Notes: generated from the sequence alone by a model not told the origin. DNA of 63,981 nucleotides, filler included, from an uncultured bacterium (GCA_964371695.1; 19 parts of 19 records of this genome joined end to end with filler, not necessarily neighbours in it), one strand, 5' to 3'; positions 48,624 to 61,435 are shown, counted from the first letter of the whole stretch. A program made the numbers and translations.

Positions 48624-51614
48624 TTACCCTTTCTTCACATAGCCGCCCTGAATGAACTTCTTCAGGGAGGCGTTCTCGTAGGTGGGGCGCAGGCCTTTGG
48701 CGGCAGGTTCCCAAAGTCCCTTGCCGTTCAGACCCCCGTCTTCTTTCTTGGTCACCTTCACAAAAGACTCGCGGGGCGCGCCGGTGGGGCAGTGCACGTC
48801 GGGGGCGAAACCCACGCCCACCGTCTGGCCAAAGAGGTCTTTTCGCACCAGGGTTTCGGTCATCCAGGTGGGCTTCAGATAACCCCTTGTGCAGCTCTGG
48901 TGGCTGCCTGAGCGGAACATGGACAGGTAACCCGTGGCATCGTTGCGGGCCAAGCCATCGGCGCGGGTGAGGTGACCCTTGCGCGAGCCGTAGGTGGCGG
49001 GGGCCACGTTGTGCCACATGCGCAACACGCCCCGTGGCGTACCGGGATAGAAGCGGCAGCGCACCTGCAACCGGGCCATGTCATAGGCCTCGTCGGTGGC
49101 TTTCCATCCGTGATAGGGGCTGGAGTGGGGGTCGGCGTCAATGTACACATAATCCCCGTCGTTCAGTCCCATCTCGCGGGCGTCCCTGGGGTTGATGTCC
49201 ACATACATTTCGTTGATGTAGGGCTGCCGTTTGTCGCGGCGGCGCATGTCGCCAAAGGGGCCAAACCAGATGGCCACGATGTCGATGTCCACGCCCGACG
49301 TGTGAGAGCCATGGCGGTATTTGGGGGTGTGGAAGATGAACTTGTGGCCCTCGGCCATGAGGGGGTGTTTGGTGAGCTTCACCTCGGCCCAGGTTTTTTG
49401 CACGTGGCGGGCCTGGCGCGTGTCGGCGTCGATCTGCTCGCGGGGCACACCATAGGCCTCTGGCCCCTTGGGCTTGATGAGGGGATGGGGCTTGGCCACG
49501 ATCACGTTGGGTTCATAAAACGTGCTGTCAATCGGCTCGCGGTGAATGGGCAGGTTCTCACCGCTGTCGCGGAACTCCGGCTCTTCGCGGTAAAACTCCA
49601 GGCGACCTGTTTTGGTGTAATAGGGTTTGTTTTCGATGGTCTGCTCATAACCGCAGCTCTTGGGCGTGGTGCGGGTCATCATGAGGGCAGGCACGCCCTT
49701 TTTGGCGTCGGCGATGAGTTTTTCCATGTCATAACCGGCCGTGACGTTGCTGGTGGCCAGCACCCGTTTGAGATAGGGCTTGCCGTTGTCGGTATCCACA
49801 AAATGCCACATCTGGGCAAACCGATGGTCGCCGGTGAGCTTGGCCAGGGCCTTGGCCAGACCCGCCGCCACCTGCATGTCGCTGCGGGTGTCAAAAATGC
49901 GCGGCAGGGGGGTGTCGGGATAGATGTAAAGGAACGGGTTGGTCACCGAAAGCGTCACGTCGGGCAGTTTCATTTCGGCCCAACTGTCAATGGCATAGAT
50001 GATGTCGCCGTATTCGCAGCTTGGTGTCCACCACCACTCGTTGATGGCCACGATTTCGGTTTTCTTCATGGTGTTTACCACGGTTTCGTAGTGACCCTTG
50101 GCGTTGCCGATGAGGCTGTTGGAATTGCTGACATGAATGGCCTTGGTGGGCGTGGGAATATGGCTCTTGCCCGTGATCAGGTGCCCCCCCATGCGCAGCA
50201 CGGTGTCGCCGTGGTTCCAGTAGTGCACCGATTCGGCCTTGAAATAGGGCCTTTTGGCCACCGGCTGTGTGGGGTCCAGTTGCGGGTGGAAGGGGTCTTC
50301 CATGATGTAATTGGGCAGGCCGCTGAAACAGGCGGCGCGGTAGTTGCCCGCGTAGCTGCCCACGTTGCCGCCGGGGTGTCCCACGTTGTCGGTGAGGGCC
50401 GCCAGCAAAAAGACCGAGCGGTCCTTGAGGTCGCTGTTGAAAAACTGGTTGGGCCCCATGCCGTTGCAGAACAGGGTTTTGGTCCTGTTTTTGGCGATTT
50501 GCCGGGCGATGGAAAGAATGCCCTCCACGGGGGCCCAGGTGAGTTCGGACACCGTTTTGGGGTCGTAGCTGTCCATCAGCACCTGCTTGACCTGGGCGAA
50601 CACCGGCTTGACGGTGATTTCCTTGCCGTCCACCAGCTTGACAGGGAAGGCACCCTCCAGCGCCGGGTCAATGCCCAGTTTGCGGAAGTGCTCGCCAAAG
50701 TTGTCGCGGCACACGGCCTTGAAGCCCTTGGTCTTGAGGTCGTACACCACATAGTCGCCCCAGGCGTCGCGCATGGCCTGAGGAATGATGGGGCCGCCCT
50801 GCAACAGCGAGGGGGCTGGTTTTTCGCCCTCTTTGAGCAGCGTCACGTGGTTGCTCAGGGGCTGGTTGACATAGGCGGGGAACACGTCCTTGGCCCGCAA
50901 CATTTCGCCGGTGTCTTCGCGCACCAGAAGCGGGAGGTCGGTGTTGCCCTTCACGGCTTTTTCGTCATAGAGCTTTTCTTTGACAATCACGTGGGCAAAA
51001 CCCAGCGCCAGCGCCGGCGTGGTGCCGGGGCGCACAATCAGCACTTCATCACCCTTGCTGGAAGTCGCGCTGTATTCGCAGGCGATGACCACCACCTTGG
51101 CACCCTTCATGCGGGCTTCGGTGAGCCAGTGGGCGTCGGGCATTTTGGTGGTGATCCAGTTCATGCCCCACACCAGCACCAGGTTGGCGTGCTCGGTGTT
51201 GCACAGGTCGAACTCATGGCTCTGCTGGCCGGTGACCATGGGGTGACCGGGGGGAAGGTCGGTGTGCCAGGAGTAGTTGTCCCAGCCCCGCGCCCCCACC
51301 GATTTGTCGGGGCCAAGACCCCGGATGTTGTTGTCCAGCAGGGCCATGCTGTTGGCCAGGCGGTATTGGGCGAAAATGCGGGTGGCCCCCAGGGCGGCCA
51401 TGCCGCCACGGAACTTGAGCACCTGCACACCGGCCCCGCCGGTGGCCGCCACCATGGCCTCGTCATAACCCTGGGCCTTGAGGCGGGCCACGCCCATGTC
51501 GCCGTTATAGGTCTCGGCGATGTTCTTGAGCGCCCTGGCGTGATATTCGTGGGCCAGGTCAAAACTCACGGCGATGAAAGGATCCTTGCCACGGTTGAGG
51601 AACTGCTCCTGCAC
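48624..51614 (-). CDS. nxrA: Nitrite oxidoreductase/periplasmic nitrate reductase alpha subunit (5' partial, type II DMSO reductase family)
   Basis: [12 protein letters not shown] (Mo-ligating Asp region), KMPDAHW, YAGNY, TGRLEFY and TPKYRH motifs; 6 nt upstream of the beta subunit. Confidence 0.88.
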   Translation of the reverse strand: MQEQFLNRGKDPFIAVSFDLAHEYHARALKNIAETYNGDMGVARLKAQGYDEAMVAATGGAGVQVLKFRGGMAALGATRIFAQYRLANSMALLDNNIRGLGPDKSVGARGWDNYSWHTDLPPGHPMVTGQQSHEFDLCNTEHANLVLVWGMNWITTKMPDAHWLTEARMKGAKVVVIACEYSATSSKGDEVLIVRPGTTPALALGFAHVIVKEKLYDEKAVKGNTDLPLLVREDTGEMLRAKDVFPAYVNQPLSNHVTLLKEGEKPAPSLLQGGPIIPQAMRDAWGDYVVYDLKTKGFKAVCRDNFGEHFRKLGIDPALEGAFPVKLVDGKEITVKPVFAQVKQVLMDSYDPKTVSELTWAPVEGILSIARQIAKNRTKTLFCNGMGPNQFFNSDLKDRSVFLLAALTDNVGHPGGNVGSYAGNYRAACFSGLPNYIMEDPFHPQLDPTQPVAKRPYFKAESVHYWNHGDTVLRMGGHLITGKSHIPTPTKAIHVSNSNSLIGNAKGHYETVVNTMKKTEIVAINEWWWTPSCEYGDIIYAIDSWAEMKLPDVTLSVTNPFLYIYPDTPLPRIFDTRSDMQVAAGLAKALAKLTGDHRFAQMWHFVDTDNGKPYLKRVLATSNVTAGYDMEKLIADAKKGVPALMMTRTTPKSCGYEQTIENKPYYTKTGRLEFYREEPEFRDSGENLPIHREPIDSTFYEPNVIVAKPHPLIKPKGPEAYGVPREQIDADTRQARHVQKTWAEVKLTKHPLMAEGHKFIFHTPKYRHGSHTSGVDIDIVAIWFGPFGDMRRRDKRQPYINEMYVDINPRDAREMGLNDGDYVYIDADPHSSPYHGWKATDEAYDMARLQVRCRFYPGTPRGVLRMWHNVAPATYGSRKGHLTRADGLARNDATGYLSMFRSGSHQSCTRGYLKPTWMTETLVRKDLFGQTVGVGFAPDVHCPTGAPRESFVKVTKKEDGGLNGKGLWEPAAKGLRPTYENASLKKFIQGGYVKKG

Positions 51615-51787
51615 NNNNNNNNNNNNNNNNNNNNNNNNNNNNNNNNNNNNNNNNNNNNTTAATTAATTAANNNNNNNNNNNNNNNNNNNNNNNNNNNNNN
51701 NNNNNNNNNNNNNNCATGAAGCCTCAGTAAATGTTCTACCATTTCCGAAAACGCTCTATGCCCCAAAGGGGAGAGGGTAATTTGGTT

Positions 51788-53365
51788 TTACTTCTCCACC
51801 TTGATCACCGTGAAGTCCGTGTGTCCCCGCCGGGCGAATTCGATGAGAAAAGAGGTTTTGCCCTTCTCACCAATCGCTTTCAGAAAGGTCTCCACATTGG
51901 GCGTGGGTTTCTGGTTCACACGTTTGATGAGATCCCCCTGCACCAGACCGGCCGTCTCGGCAGGGCCCCCCACCTTCACGGCGCCAATCACCACACCCTG
52001 CTGCCCCTCCGCGCCGATTTCCTTGGCCACTTCGGCGGTGAGTTCCTCCACGCCCAGCCCCAGCCGCGTGGCGCTGGTGACTTCACCCGCACCACCGCCC
52101 CCGCTGGCCTCGCCCTTGGCGATGGCTTCTTCATCACGCCGGGCAATGGTCACCGACAGATTCACTTTTGCGCCCTCACGCCACACCACCACTTTCACGG
52201 CTTTGCCCACCGGCGTGTCGGCCACCCGCTTGAGCAGGTCTTTTTCGTTGTTCATCTTCTGGCCGTCGTATTCCAGAATGATGTCGCCATCCTTAAAGCC
52301 CGCCTTCATCGCCGGGCTGTTTGGCAACACCTGACGCACCAGCACACCCGCACCGCCGGGCAGGCCCATGGCCTGGGCGGCGTCTTTGTTCACCGCGCCG
52401 ATGTAAATGCCCAGCCAGCCCCGCGTGACCTTGCCCTCGGTTTTGAGCTGCTGATAGATGTGCCCCGCCAGATTGCTGGGAATCGCAAACCCGATGCCCA
52501 CAAACCCGCCGCTGGGCGTGAAGATAGCCGCGTTCACCCCCACCACTTCGCCCCGCAGGTTCAGCAGGGGGCCGCCGCTGTTGCCGGGGTTGATGCTGGC
52601 GTCGGTTTGCAGGTATTCGTCGTAGGGGCCATAACCGATAGACCGCTCCTTGGCGCTCACAATGCCGCTGGTGACGGTTTTGCCCACACCAAAGGGATTG
52701 CCCACGGCCACCACCCACTCGCCCACCTTCAGGTTTGTGCTGTCTCCCAGCGAGAGATAGGGAAAAACCTTGTCCGACTCAATGCGAATCACCGCCAGAT
52801 CGGTTTTTTCATCCTTGCCCACCAGCTTGGCCTTGTAGGTGTCCTCGCCGTTGCCGTTGGTCACTTTCACTTCAATCAGGTCCGCACCCTCCACCACGTG
52901 GGCGTTGGTGAGAATGAACCCCTTCGGGTCCACCAGAAATCCACTGCCCTGACCGCGGGGCGTCATGCGTTCTTCGCCGCCTTCTCCCTGGGGCTGCCCC
53001 GGCTTGGGAGCCTGACGGCCAAAGGGGTTGTCCTCGTCACCAAAAAACCATTTCCAGAAATCATCCTGCCCCTTGCCGCCGGGGTTGCCAAAAAAGAACT
53101 GCTGCCCACCGCCCACCTTCTGTTTGGCCGAGGTGCTGATGTTCACCACCGCCGGGTTGGCGTGCTGGGCGATCTGCACAAACGCGTCGCTCAGGCCCTG
53201 GGCGGTTTTGAGAGCCGAATCACTGGTGAGCGCCACCGGCGGCGGCGTGTCTCCCCCCAACGCCAGCGAGCGGGGATTGAGGTCCAGACGGCTGGCGAAC
53301 ATGGCCCCAAAAGCCACCGACACCAGGGCCACCAGCAGCGTGTTCAGTTGAAAAAAACGTTTCAT
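51788..53365 (-). CDS. degP: DegP/DegQ (HtrA) serine endoprotease with two PDZ domains
   Basis: TNAHVV, DLAV, QTDASINPGNSGGPL and RGWLG motifs; N-terminal signal/anchor. Confidence 0.93.
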   Translation of the reverse strand: MKRFFQLNTLLVALVSVAFGAMFASRLDLNPRSLALGGDTPPPVALTSDSALKTAQGLSDAFVQIAQHANPAVVNISTSAKQKVGGGQQFFFGNPGGKGQDDFWKWFFGDEDNPFGRQAPKPGQPQGEGGEERMTPRGQGSGFLVDPKGFILTNAHVVEGADLIEVKVTNGNGEDTYKAKLVGKDEKTDLAVIRIESDKVFPYLSLGDSTNLKVGEWVVAVGNPFGVGKTVTSGIVSAKERSIGYGPYDEYLQTDASINPGNSGGPLLNLRGEVVGVNAAIFTPSGGFVGIGFAIPSNLAGHIYQQLKTEGKVTRGWLGIYIGAVNKDAAQAMGLPGGAGVLVRQVLPNSPAMKAGFKDGDIILEYDGQKMNNEKDLLKRVADTPVGKAVKVVVWREGAKVNLSVTIARRDEEAIAKGEASGGGGAGEVTSATRLGLGVEELTAEVAKEIGAEGQQGVVIGAVKVGGPAETAGLVQGDLIKRVNQKPTPNVETFLKAIGEKGKTSFLIEFARRGHTDFTVIKVEK

Positions 53366-53778
53366 GGTTTGGGAGTCCTTTCGAGAGTTGGGGCGACGCG
53401 GCTCAGGCCGCGCTCAGAACGCACCACCAGAGCGTTTTTAGAGAAAACTTCCTCGTTGTCCATGTGTTGCAGCACTTCTCCCAGCAGGCGGCGCATTTCC
53501 TCCTGCATCTGCTCAATCTGGCTCCGCAGACGCAAGATAATCTCCACCCCCGCCGCGTTCACACCCAGCTCGTCCATCAGTGTGAGCACCACGCGGGCTT
53601 TTTCCAGATCGTCCTGCGTATAGAGCCGGGTTTTGCCCTCGGTGCGGCGGGGCTGCAAAAAACCTTCTTTTTCAAGCAGGCGGATGCGCTGGGTGTTCAC
53701 CCCCAGCACCTGGGCCATCACGCCAATGGAAAAATAACTCTCCTTCTGGGTCTGGCCGGTTTTGCGACGGGCTGCCAT
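53362..53778 (-). CDS. hspR: MerR-family heat-shock repressor, HspR-like
   Basis: SIG..A...R..EKEG.L.P.RTEG.TRLY...LGVN.AGVEIIL pattern; directly after dnaJ. Confidence 0.8.
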   Translation of the reverse strand: MAARRKTGQTQKESYFSIGVMAQVLGVNTQRIRLLEKEGFLQPRRTEGKTRLYTQDDLEKARVVLTLMDELGVNAAGVEIILRLRSQIEQMQEEMRRLLGEVLQHMDNEEVFSKNALVVRSERGLSRVAPTLERTPKP

Positions 53779-53781
53779 GGC

Positions 53782-54888
53782 TCAGCTCCCTCCCCGCACA
53801 CCGCTGGGGTGCAGGCGGTCGTCCAGTTCACTCAGCAGGCGGCGGGTGGTTTCATCCACACCCTTGGGCACCTGCACCTGGGCGGTGATGAACAGATCCC
53901 CCGCCCCCGCCGATTTCAGCCGGGGCATGCCCTTGCCCTTCAGGCGAAACGTCTGGCCGCTGCTGGTGCCCGGCGGCAGGGTGATTTCTCCCTGGCCGTC
54001 CACCGTGGGCACACGGATTTTGCCCCCCAGCACGGCTTCTTTATAACTGATGGGCACGGTGGTGTAGAGGTTGGCTCCCTTGCGCTCAAATCGCGGGTGC
54101 GCCGCCGGGTGGGTGATGATGAACAGATCCCCCGGCGGGCCGCCCAGCCGCCCGGCGTTGCCCTTGCCCGCCACACGAATCTGCGTGCCCGTGTCCACCC
54201 CCGCCGGAATGGAAACATCCACCCGCTCGGTTTTATCGGCCCGTCCCTGCCCCTGACAGCGGTAACACACCTCGGCGTTCACCTGACCGCTGCCACTGCA
54301 ACGGGGGCAGTTCTGCGTGCGGCGAATGAACCCCTTGGCCATGGTGATGGTGCCCGCGCCGTGACAGTCCGGGCAAGTGGTGGGGCGGCTGCCTGGGCGA
54401 TTGCCCGTGCCCTGGCATTCGTCGCAAGCCGCCATGCGGTTCAGGCTGATCTGCCGCTGTGCGCCCCGAAACGCCTCGTCAAAACTCAGATCCACCACCG
54501 CCTGCAGGTCTTCTCCACGCTGGGGCCCCTGGGGACCGCGCCCACGGCCTCCCCCCTGAAAAAACTGGCCAAAAATGTCTCCCAAATCTCCGAACCCCTG
54601 AAAGTTGAAATCACTGTTGCCAAAACCATACCCCCCCTGGCCAGCGTCCTGCGGGCCGCCGCCCCCGGGGCCAAAAGCGCTGTGGCCGAACTGGTCGTAA
54701 CGGGCCCGTTTCTCCTTGTCGCTCAACACGCCATAGGCTTCGTTGACTTCCTTGAAACGGTTCTCGGCCTGGGTGTCGTTGGGGTTCAGATCAGGGTGAT
54801 ATTTGCGCGCCAAGGACTTGAAAGCCTTTTTGATGTCCTCGGCGCTGGCGTCCCGCTTCACGCCGAGTATGTCGTAAAAGTCTTTCAT
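53782..54888 (-). CDS. dnaJ: Molecular chaperone DnaJ (type I)
   Basis: HPD J-domain, G/F region and four CxxCxGxG repeats. Confidence 0.95.
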   Translation of the reverse strand: MKDFYDILGVKRDASAEDIKKAFKSLARKYHPDLNPNDTQAENRFKEVNEAYGVLSDKEKRARYDQFGHSAFGPGGGGPQDAGQGGYGFGNSDFNFQGFGDLGDIFGQFFQGGGRGRGPQGPQRGEDLQAVVDLSFDEAFRGAQRQISLNRMAACDECQGTGNRPGSRPTTCPDCHGAGTITMAKGFIRRTQNCPRCSGSGQVNAEVCYRCQGQGRADKTERVDVSIPAGVDTGTQIRVAGKGNAGRLGGPPGDLFIITHPAAHPRFERKGANLYTTVPISYKEAVLGGKIRVPTVDGQGEITLPPGTSSGQTFRLKGKGMPRLKSAGAGDLFITAQVQVPKGVDETTRRLLSELDDRLHPSGVRGGS

Positions 54889-55057
54889 CGGTTGTCCCCT
54901 TGGTTAAAACATTTTCAGAATGCCTGCTGCAGGGCGCCAAAAACCTCTGCCGATAAANNNNNNNNNNNNNNNNNNNNNNNNNNNNNNNNNNNNNNNNNNN
55001 NTTAATTAATTAANNNNNNNNNNNNNNNNNNNNNNNNNNNNNNNNNNNNNNNNNNNN

Positions 55058-55387
55058 ACATGGCCCTTTCTGGACCAGAAAGAACTGGCACTGGTCGAAA
55101 ATTTTGAAACCAACGACAACCCTGTTCAGGTTTCCCCAGCGCTCTCACAGGAAACCGTCCAGGAAGTCCGGGACACGTTCGCCTTCAGAAAAGAACGTTG
55201 GCTGGACAAAGGGTTGCCTTTCCACGGCGTGGATTCCCTTTTGTCCAACCTGTCTGCCCTGAAGCCTGACGAAGAAATTTCCGGCCTGTCTTTGCGGGGA
55301 GACAGCCTGTTCGGGAAATTCTTTTTTTATGGCTCCCCGCGCCAGTTGGTGGGATTTGTGCTGCTGCCCAAAAATCTGGGGGAGTAG
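55058..55387 (+). CDS. Hypothetical protein, C-terminal part
   Basis: Open frame of 109 codons from the contig start to TAG (TWPFLDQKE...GFVLLPKNLGE); not in ORF track. Confidence 0.5.
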   Translation, partial: TWPFLDQKELALVENFETNDNPVQVSPALSQETVQEVRDTFAFRKERWLDKGLPFHGVDSLLSNLSALKPDEEISGLSLRGDSLFGKFFFYGSPRQLVGFVLLPKNLGE

Positions 55388-55444
55388 CACTTTCTCAAAA
55401 TGGCGTGCAGTACGCTCTACCGCGCCCAGCCCCAGACCAACGGG

Positions 55445-56077
55445 TTAAATCGCTTCTTCCTGGTGTTCCAGGTCTTTGGCGATGAGAAACCCCCGCGCCC
55501 GTTCTGTCATGGGATAACGGCTCACGAGATCCCAGAACCGTTTGCCGTGGTTGGCCTCCAGCAGGTGGGCCAGTTCGTGAATCAGCACGTAGTCCAGCAC
55601 CCAAAGGGGATAGGTCGCCAGCTTGTGACTGAGGCGGATGACGCCTTTGCGGGGTGAACAACTGCCGTGACGCATCTGCTGGTTGCTCACAAAACGGATG
55701 CTTGTCCAGCGCAGCCGACCACCAAAATATTTTTCGTTGAGTTCTTCGGCGCGGGCTTCGAGATCGATGTTGTGAGGCAGGCGATTTTCCCTTTCGCGCA
55801 ACAAACGATGCACCAGTTTTTCCACCACCGGGTCCAGGTCTTTGCGGGGCATGCGGGCCGGGGCCATCACGCGCACCGAAGAACCCTCCCACCGCGCACT
55901 CACGGTGCGTTTGCGTTTGTGGCTCAGCACAATCACCACGTCCACCTTGGGATTGTTTTTCTGCGCCGCACCGCGCGAAGCCGTGGGCGTGTTTTTGGCC
56001 GCGCTGTTTTTTTTGCCACCGCCGGTGGGCGTTGTGGCATCAAAAAGAGCTTGCTGGCCCGGTCGGCGTGTCTTCAT
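55445..56077 (-). CDS. YgjP/DUF45 (M48-like) metalloprotein
   Basis: GSCS, LDYVLIHELAHL and NHG..FW motifs. Confidence 0.88.
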   Translation of the reverse strand: MKTRRPGQQALFDATTPTGGGKKNSAAKNTPTASRGAAQKNNPKVDVVIVLSHKRKRTVSARWEGSSVRVMAPARMPRKDLDPVVEKLVHRLLRERENRLPHNIDLEARAEELNEKYFGGRLRWTSIRFVSNQQMRHGSCSPRKGVIRLSHKLATYPLWVLDYVLIHELAHLLEANHGKRFWDLVSRYPMTERARGFLIAKDLEHQEEAI

Positions 56078-57707
56078 GGTTCGATTTTAGCCATGGTTTA
56101 CCCAATAAAAGCAAGGAAACCGGGGTTGTTATCCAGATTAACCACTCCCAAATGGCCCCAAAACGGCCATAGGGGGTGTCGATTGGTGTCATTCTGGCCG
56201 AAAGGGTCAAATTGGCCTTAATGACCGCCATTTCCATGACGCCAGTGCGCCATTTGACGCCCCCCCAGGGGTCTGCCATGTAGCCAATGCCACTGTTGGA
56301 GGACTGCACCACGGGCAAACCACTCTCCACCGAGCGCATCACCCCCTGGGCCAACCGCTGCACCGCCAAAAAACTTTTGCCATACCACGCGTCGTTGGTG
56401 GGTGTGAGCACAAAGTGCGCGCCGCCCTGCACATATTGGCGAAACTGCCACGGGAACGCCGTCTCAAAACAGATGGGCGAAGAAAACCGCCGCCCACCGG
56501 GGCCGGTGAAAACCGTGGCCTCCTCGCCGGGCAGGTTGTCCTGATAAATGATGTTGTTGCGGATGGCGTCTCCCAGACCCAGCTTTTCGAAATAGGCGCG
56601 GCCCGGCACAAACTCACCAAAGGGCACCAGACTGCGTTTGTGATAACGGGCCACCACCTGGGCCTGGGGATTCATGAGCATGAAACCGTTGGTGTCGCGC
56701 CAGCCCCGGGGTGTTTGCACATAGTCGTTCATGCCAAAGGCCAGCCACACGCGGTGGCGGGTGACAAACTGCACCAGTCCCAGCCACAAGTCCCGATAGG
56801 CCGGGTCGTCTTCGAGATAGGCCGACACGAATGTTTCTGGAAACACCACCAGCGCACCGGGGCGCGGATTTTTTTCTTCGGCCCGCCGCAGGTGGTTCCA
56901 GAAAATCTCGCGGTTCTCGGCGGGCGTCGCGCCTTCCTTCACCTCGCCGGACACGTTCACCTGCACCATCACCATTTGCAGCGGTTCCCGCACTTCTGCG
57001 GGTAGATTTTTTTTACCCGCCACACCCGCCGCCACGCCCAGCGCGCTCAGCGCCAGCGTGGCCGACACCCCCAGCGCCAACGGTTTGCGCCGGCCCCTCA
57101 GCAACCACAGGGCCACGCCGGTGTTCACCATCAGCAACAGGGCCGACAGGCCATGCCCCCCCACCAGTCGCGCCGCCTGCAGCACCACCGGGTTGTTCCA
57201 CTGCGTGTAACCCAGCGTGTACCAGCCAAACTGAAGCGGGCCAATGTTCACCCACTGCTCCAGAAAAAGATAAAGCAGCACCAGCGCCACCGGGTGGCGG
57301 CGACCCACCCGCACCACCAGCCAGGCCCACAGCGCGAAATAGGCCCCCACCGCCGGTGCGGCGATGACGTAACCCACCGGCGCGGGCATGCGCACAAACA
57401 GCATCCAGTGGTGGTTGAGCAGCGAGAGCACCACGCCATAACAGAATGCGCACCACGCGGCGCGGCGCGGGCTGGGGGCGCTCAGCACCACCATCAGCAC
57501 ACCCGCCACACTCACCCAGGCCAGAAAAAACAACGACAGCCCCGCAAACGAAGCCGCCGTGAGCGCACCGCACAACACCCCCGTGAGCGCCGGATGGGCC
57601 AGACACCACCGGGCGATGGGGTGGCCTGAAAAGGATGGCGCGGGGACGTTTTTTTTGCCCGCTGCCGCACTGCCTCTGGAAGACGAAGGAGATTTTTTCT
57701 TCGCCAC
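56040..57707 (-). CDS. lnt: Apolipoprotein N-acyltransferase
   Basis: E-K-C triad (FPET, YHK..LVPFGE, ICFE), TNDAWY and multiple TM segments; GTG start at 57707. Confidence 0.93.
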   Translation of the reverse strand: MAKKKSPSSSRGSAAAGKKNVPAPSFSGHPIARWCLAHPALTGVLCGALTAASFAGLSLFFLAWVSVAGVLMVVLSAPSPRRAAWCAFCYGVVLSLLNHHWMLFVRMPAPVGYVIAAPAVGAYFALWAWLVVRVGRRHPVALVLLYLFLEQWVNIGPLQFGWYTLGYTQWNNPVVLQAARLVGGHGLSALLLMVNTGVALWLLRGRRKPLALGVSATLALSALGVAAGVAGKKNLPAEVREPLQMVMVQVNVSGEVKEGATPAENREIFWNHLRRAEEKNPRPGALVVFPETFVSAYLEDDPAYRDLWLGLVQFVTRHRVWLAFGMNDYVQTPRGWRDTNGFMLMNPQAQVVARYHKRSLVPFGEFVPGRAYFEKLGLGDAIRNNIIYQDNLPGEEATVFTGPGGRRFSSPICFETAFPWQFRQYVQGGAHFVLTPTNDAWYGKSFLAVQRLAQGVMRSVESGLPVVQSSNSGIGYMADPWGGVKWRTGVMEMAVIKANLTLSARMTPIDTPYGRFGAIWEWLIWITTPVSLLLLGKPWLKSNHEDTPTGPASSF

Positions 57708-57846
57708 GATCAGGACACACGCCTCTTGAGATAACCCACTCGGCGCAACCCGTTGGCGAACAAAAGAAAACGTGTATGCTCTGGGTTCAACATGGCTGGG
57801 CGATTGTAGACACGCCCCGCCAAGCCGCCAACACAGGAGAAAGACC

Positions 57847-58173
57847 ATGCCCGATGAAGTGCAGCAACGGATTGAGGAACTGGTGAAGGAATCCCAGGTT
57901 CTGGTGTTCATGAAGGGCACCCCCACGGCCCCCATGTGTGGTTTCAGCGCCGCCACCGTGAACGTGTTTGAATCCCTGAACGTGGAATACACCGCAGTGG
58001 ACGTGCTGGCCGATCAGAGCATCCGCGAAGGCGTGAAGGGCTACACCAACTGGCCCACCATTCCCCAGGTGTTCATTCAGGGCGAGTTCATCGGCGGGTG
58101 CGATATCTGCCAGGAACTTTATCTGAGCGGCGAACTGGCCAAGATGGTGGAAAAGGTGCGGGCCAAGGCTTAA
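57847..58173 (+). CDS. grxD: Monothiol glutaredoxin Grx4
   Basis: FMKGT, CGFS, WPTIPQ and GGCDI motifs; AGGAGA RBS. Confidence 0.96.
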   Translation: MPDEVQQRIEELVKESQVLVFMKGTPTAPMCGFSAATVNVFESLNVEYTAVDVLADQSIREGVKGYTNWPTIPQVFIQGEFIGGCDICQELYLSGELAKMVEKVRAKA

Positions 58174-58219
58174 AGCGTTTTCGGAAGAGACTTCATGTCC
58201 AAGCCTTGGTCAACCCGCC

Positions 58220-58247
58220 GTCATTCCCGCGAAGGCGGGAATCCAGT
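58220..58247. repeat. GTCATTCCCGC-GAAG-GCGGGAATCCA palindrome
   Basis: Hairpin of the widespread ATTCCC-N8-GGGAAT (dRS3-like) type; single copy in this window. Confidence 0.6.
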
Positions 58248-58386
58248 GTTTTTTAATGAATACGGTTAAAAACCTTTGGTTTTATGNNNNNNNNNNNNNN
58301 NNNNNNNNNNNNNNNNNNNNNNNNNNNNNNTTAATTAATTAANNNNNNNNNNNNNNNNNNNNNNNNNNNNNNNNNNNNNNNNNNNN

Positions 58387-60050
<1,664 letters not shown>

Positions 60051-60089
60051 CTAAAATCGAGGCCTCGCGCACCCCGCGGAGGTAACCCT

Positions 60090-60323
60090 ATGGCTTTATA
60101 CATGAAAAACTGTATCGACTGCGGCAAGTTGTTTGAAGGGCCGGAGGACATGCTGGTCTGCCGTCCCTGTGTCGAAAAAAACCTGCCCGAATGGGACAAG
60201 GTGCGGGCCTATCTGCACACGCACCAAAATGTCACCATCAAGGACTGCCTGAAGGGCACCGGCGTGGCGGATCGCACCCTTCGCATGTTTCTGAAACAAC
60301 ACAAACTCAGAGTGGTGGAGTGA
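60090..60323 (+). CDS. YvyF-like flagellar operon protein (Zn ribbon + HTH)
   Basis: NC..CGKLF....C..C.......KV..YL.....TI......GV pattern; GGAGG RBS. Confidence 0.7.
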   Translation: MALYMKNCIDCGKLFEGPEDMLVCRPCVEKNLPEWDKVRAYLHTHQNVTIKDCLKGTGVADRTLRMFLKQHKLRVVE

Positions 60324-60352
60324 GATTCAAACCCGGCTGCCGGGGCTGAGCC

Positions 60353-61435
60353 ATGTCGGGCGAAATCACCGTTTTCTCGCCCGGCAGGATTTGTGTCATC
60401 GGCGAACACGTGGATTATGCCGGAGGATGTTCTCTGGCGGCGGCCACGCCTATGGGCGCCACGCTGCGGGCCGTGCCGGAAAACGGAGCGGGGCTGCTGG
60501 TGGAAAGCGACCGTTATGACACCGTGTTTGACAGCCACGCGCCGGGGGATTTCACCGACTGGCGGCGATACATTCAGGCGTTTGTGCAGGTGCAGGGCGT
60601 CGCGCTCAGGGGCTGGCGCTGGTTTGTTTCCAGCGACCTGCCGAGCGGCGCGGGGCTGAGCAGCAGCGCTTCGCTTTTGGTGGGACTCACGCTGCTGGCG
60701 GCAGCCTGCGAAGGCAAAACACACGACCCCATGGACACCGCCCTGCTGGCGCAAAAGGTGGAGCGCGAAGGGGTGGGGGTGCAGGTGGGGTTGCTGGATC
60801 AGTTGAGTGTGCTCTATGGCCAGCCGGGGCAACTGGTGGACATTCATTACGCCCCCTGCCGGGTAGAGCCGCTGGTGTTTCCGCCGGACATGGGCAGCTT
60901 CGCCATCATTCATTCGGGTGTGAAACGGGAACTTTCGGGGGCGGGGTATAACAACCGGCCCATGGAATGCCAGCAGGCCCTGGAAATCCTGAAACAGAAA
61001 ACACCGGGCCTGGCCAACCTGGCCAGCGCCAGCGAGCCGCGCCTGAGCGAACTGCCGCCGCTGTTGCGCAAACGGGCGCGGCACGTCATCACCGAGGTGC
61101 GGCGCGTGGCCCAGGCAAGGAGCGCCATTCGCGCACAGGACGCCGCCCGTCTGGGGGAACTTCTGAACGAAACCCACGCTTCGCTGAGTGAAGATTTTGA
61201 GGTGAGCCTGCCACAGATGGACGCCCTGGTGGGTGCGCTGCGCCAGCACGCAGCGGTGTTGGGGGCGCGCATGATGGGGGGCGGTTTTGGCGGCGGCGTG
61301 ATTTGTCTGCTTGATGCCAGTGCGGATGAAAAAACGCTGGCGGAACTGGTGTCGTTGGCCGCCACCGTGCCGGGCATTTCACCCCAGGGCTGGCTCACGC
61401 CCCCCAGCGCCGGGGCAACCGTAACAGGAAGTTAG
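60353..61435 (+). CDS. galK: Galactokinase
   Basis: PGR...IGEHVDY, P.GAGLSSSA and GARMMGGGFGG motifs. Confidence 0.92.
   Translation: MSGEITVFSPGRICVIGEHVDYAGGCSLAAATPMGATLRAVPENGAGLLVESDRYDTVFDSHAPGDFTDWRRYIQAFVQVQGVALRGWRWFVSSDLPSGAGLSSSASLLVGLTLLAAACEGKTHDPMDTALLAQKVEREGVGVQVGLLDQLSVLYGQPGQLVDIHYAPCRVEPLVFPPDMGSFAIIHSGVKRELSGAGYNNRPMECQQALEILKQKTPGLANLASASEPRLSELPPLLRKRARHVITEVRRVAQARSAIRAQDAARLGELLNETHASLSEDFEVSLPQMDALVGALRQHAAVLGARMMGGGFGGGVICLLDASADEKTLAELVSLAATVPGISPQGWLTPPSAGATVTGS

Noticed and set aside
48972-51662. Very long antisense ORFs (also 31826-34036, 51731-53623, 11568-13115, 9023-10468)
   Set aside because: These are shadow frames of real high-GC genes on the opposite strand and have no recognisable motifs.
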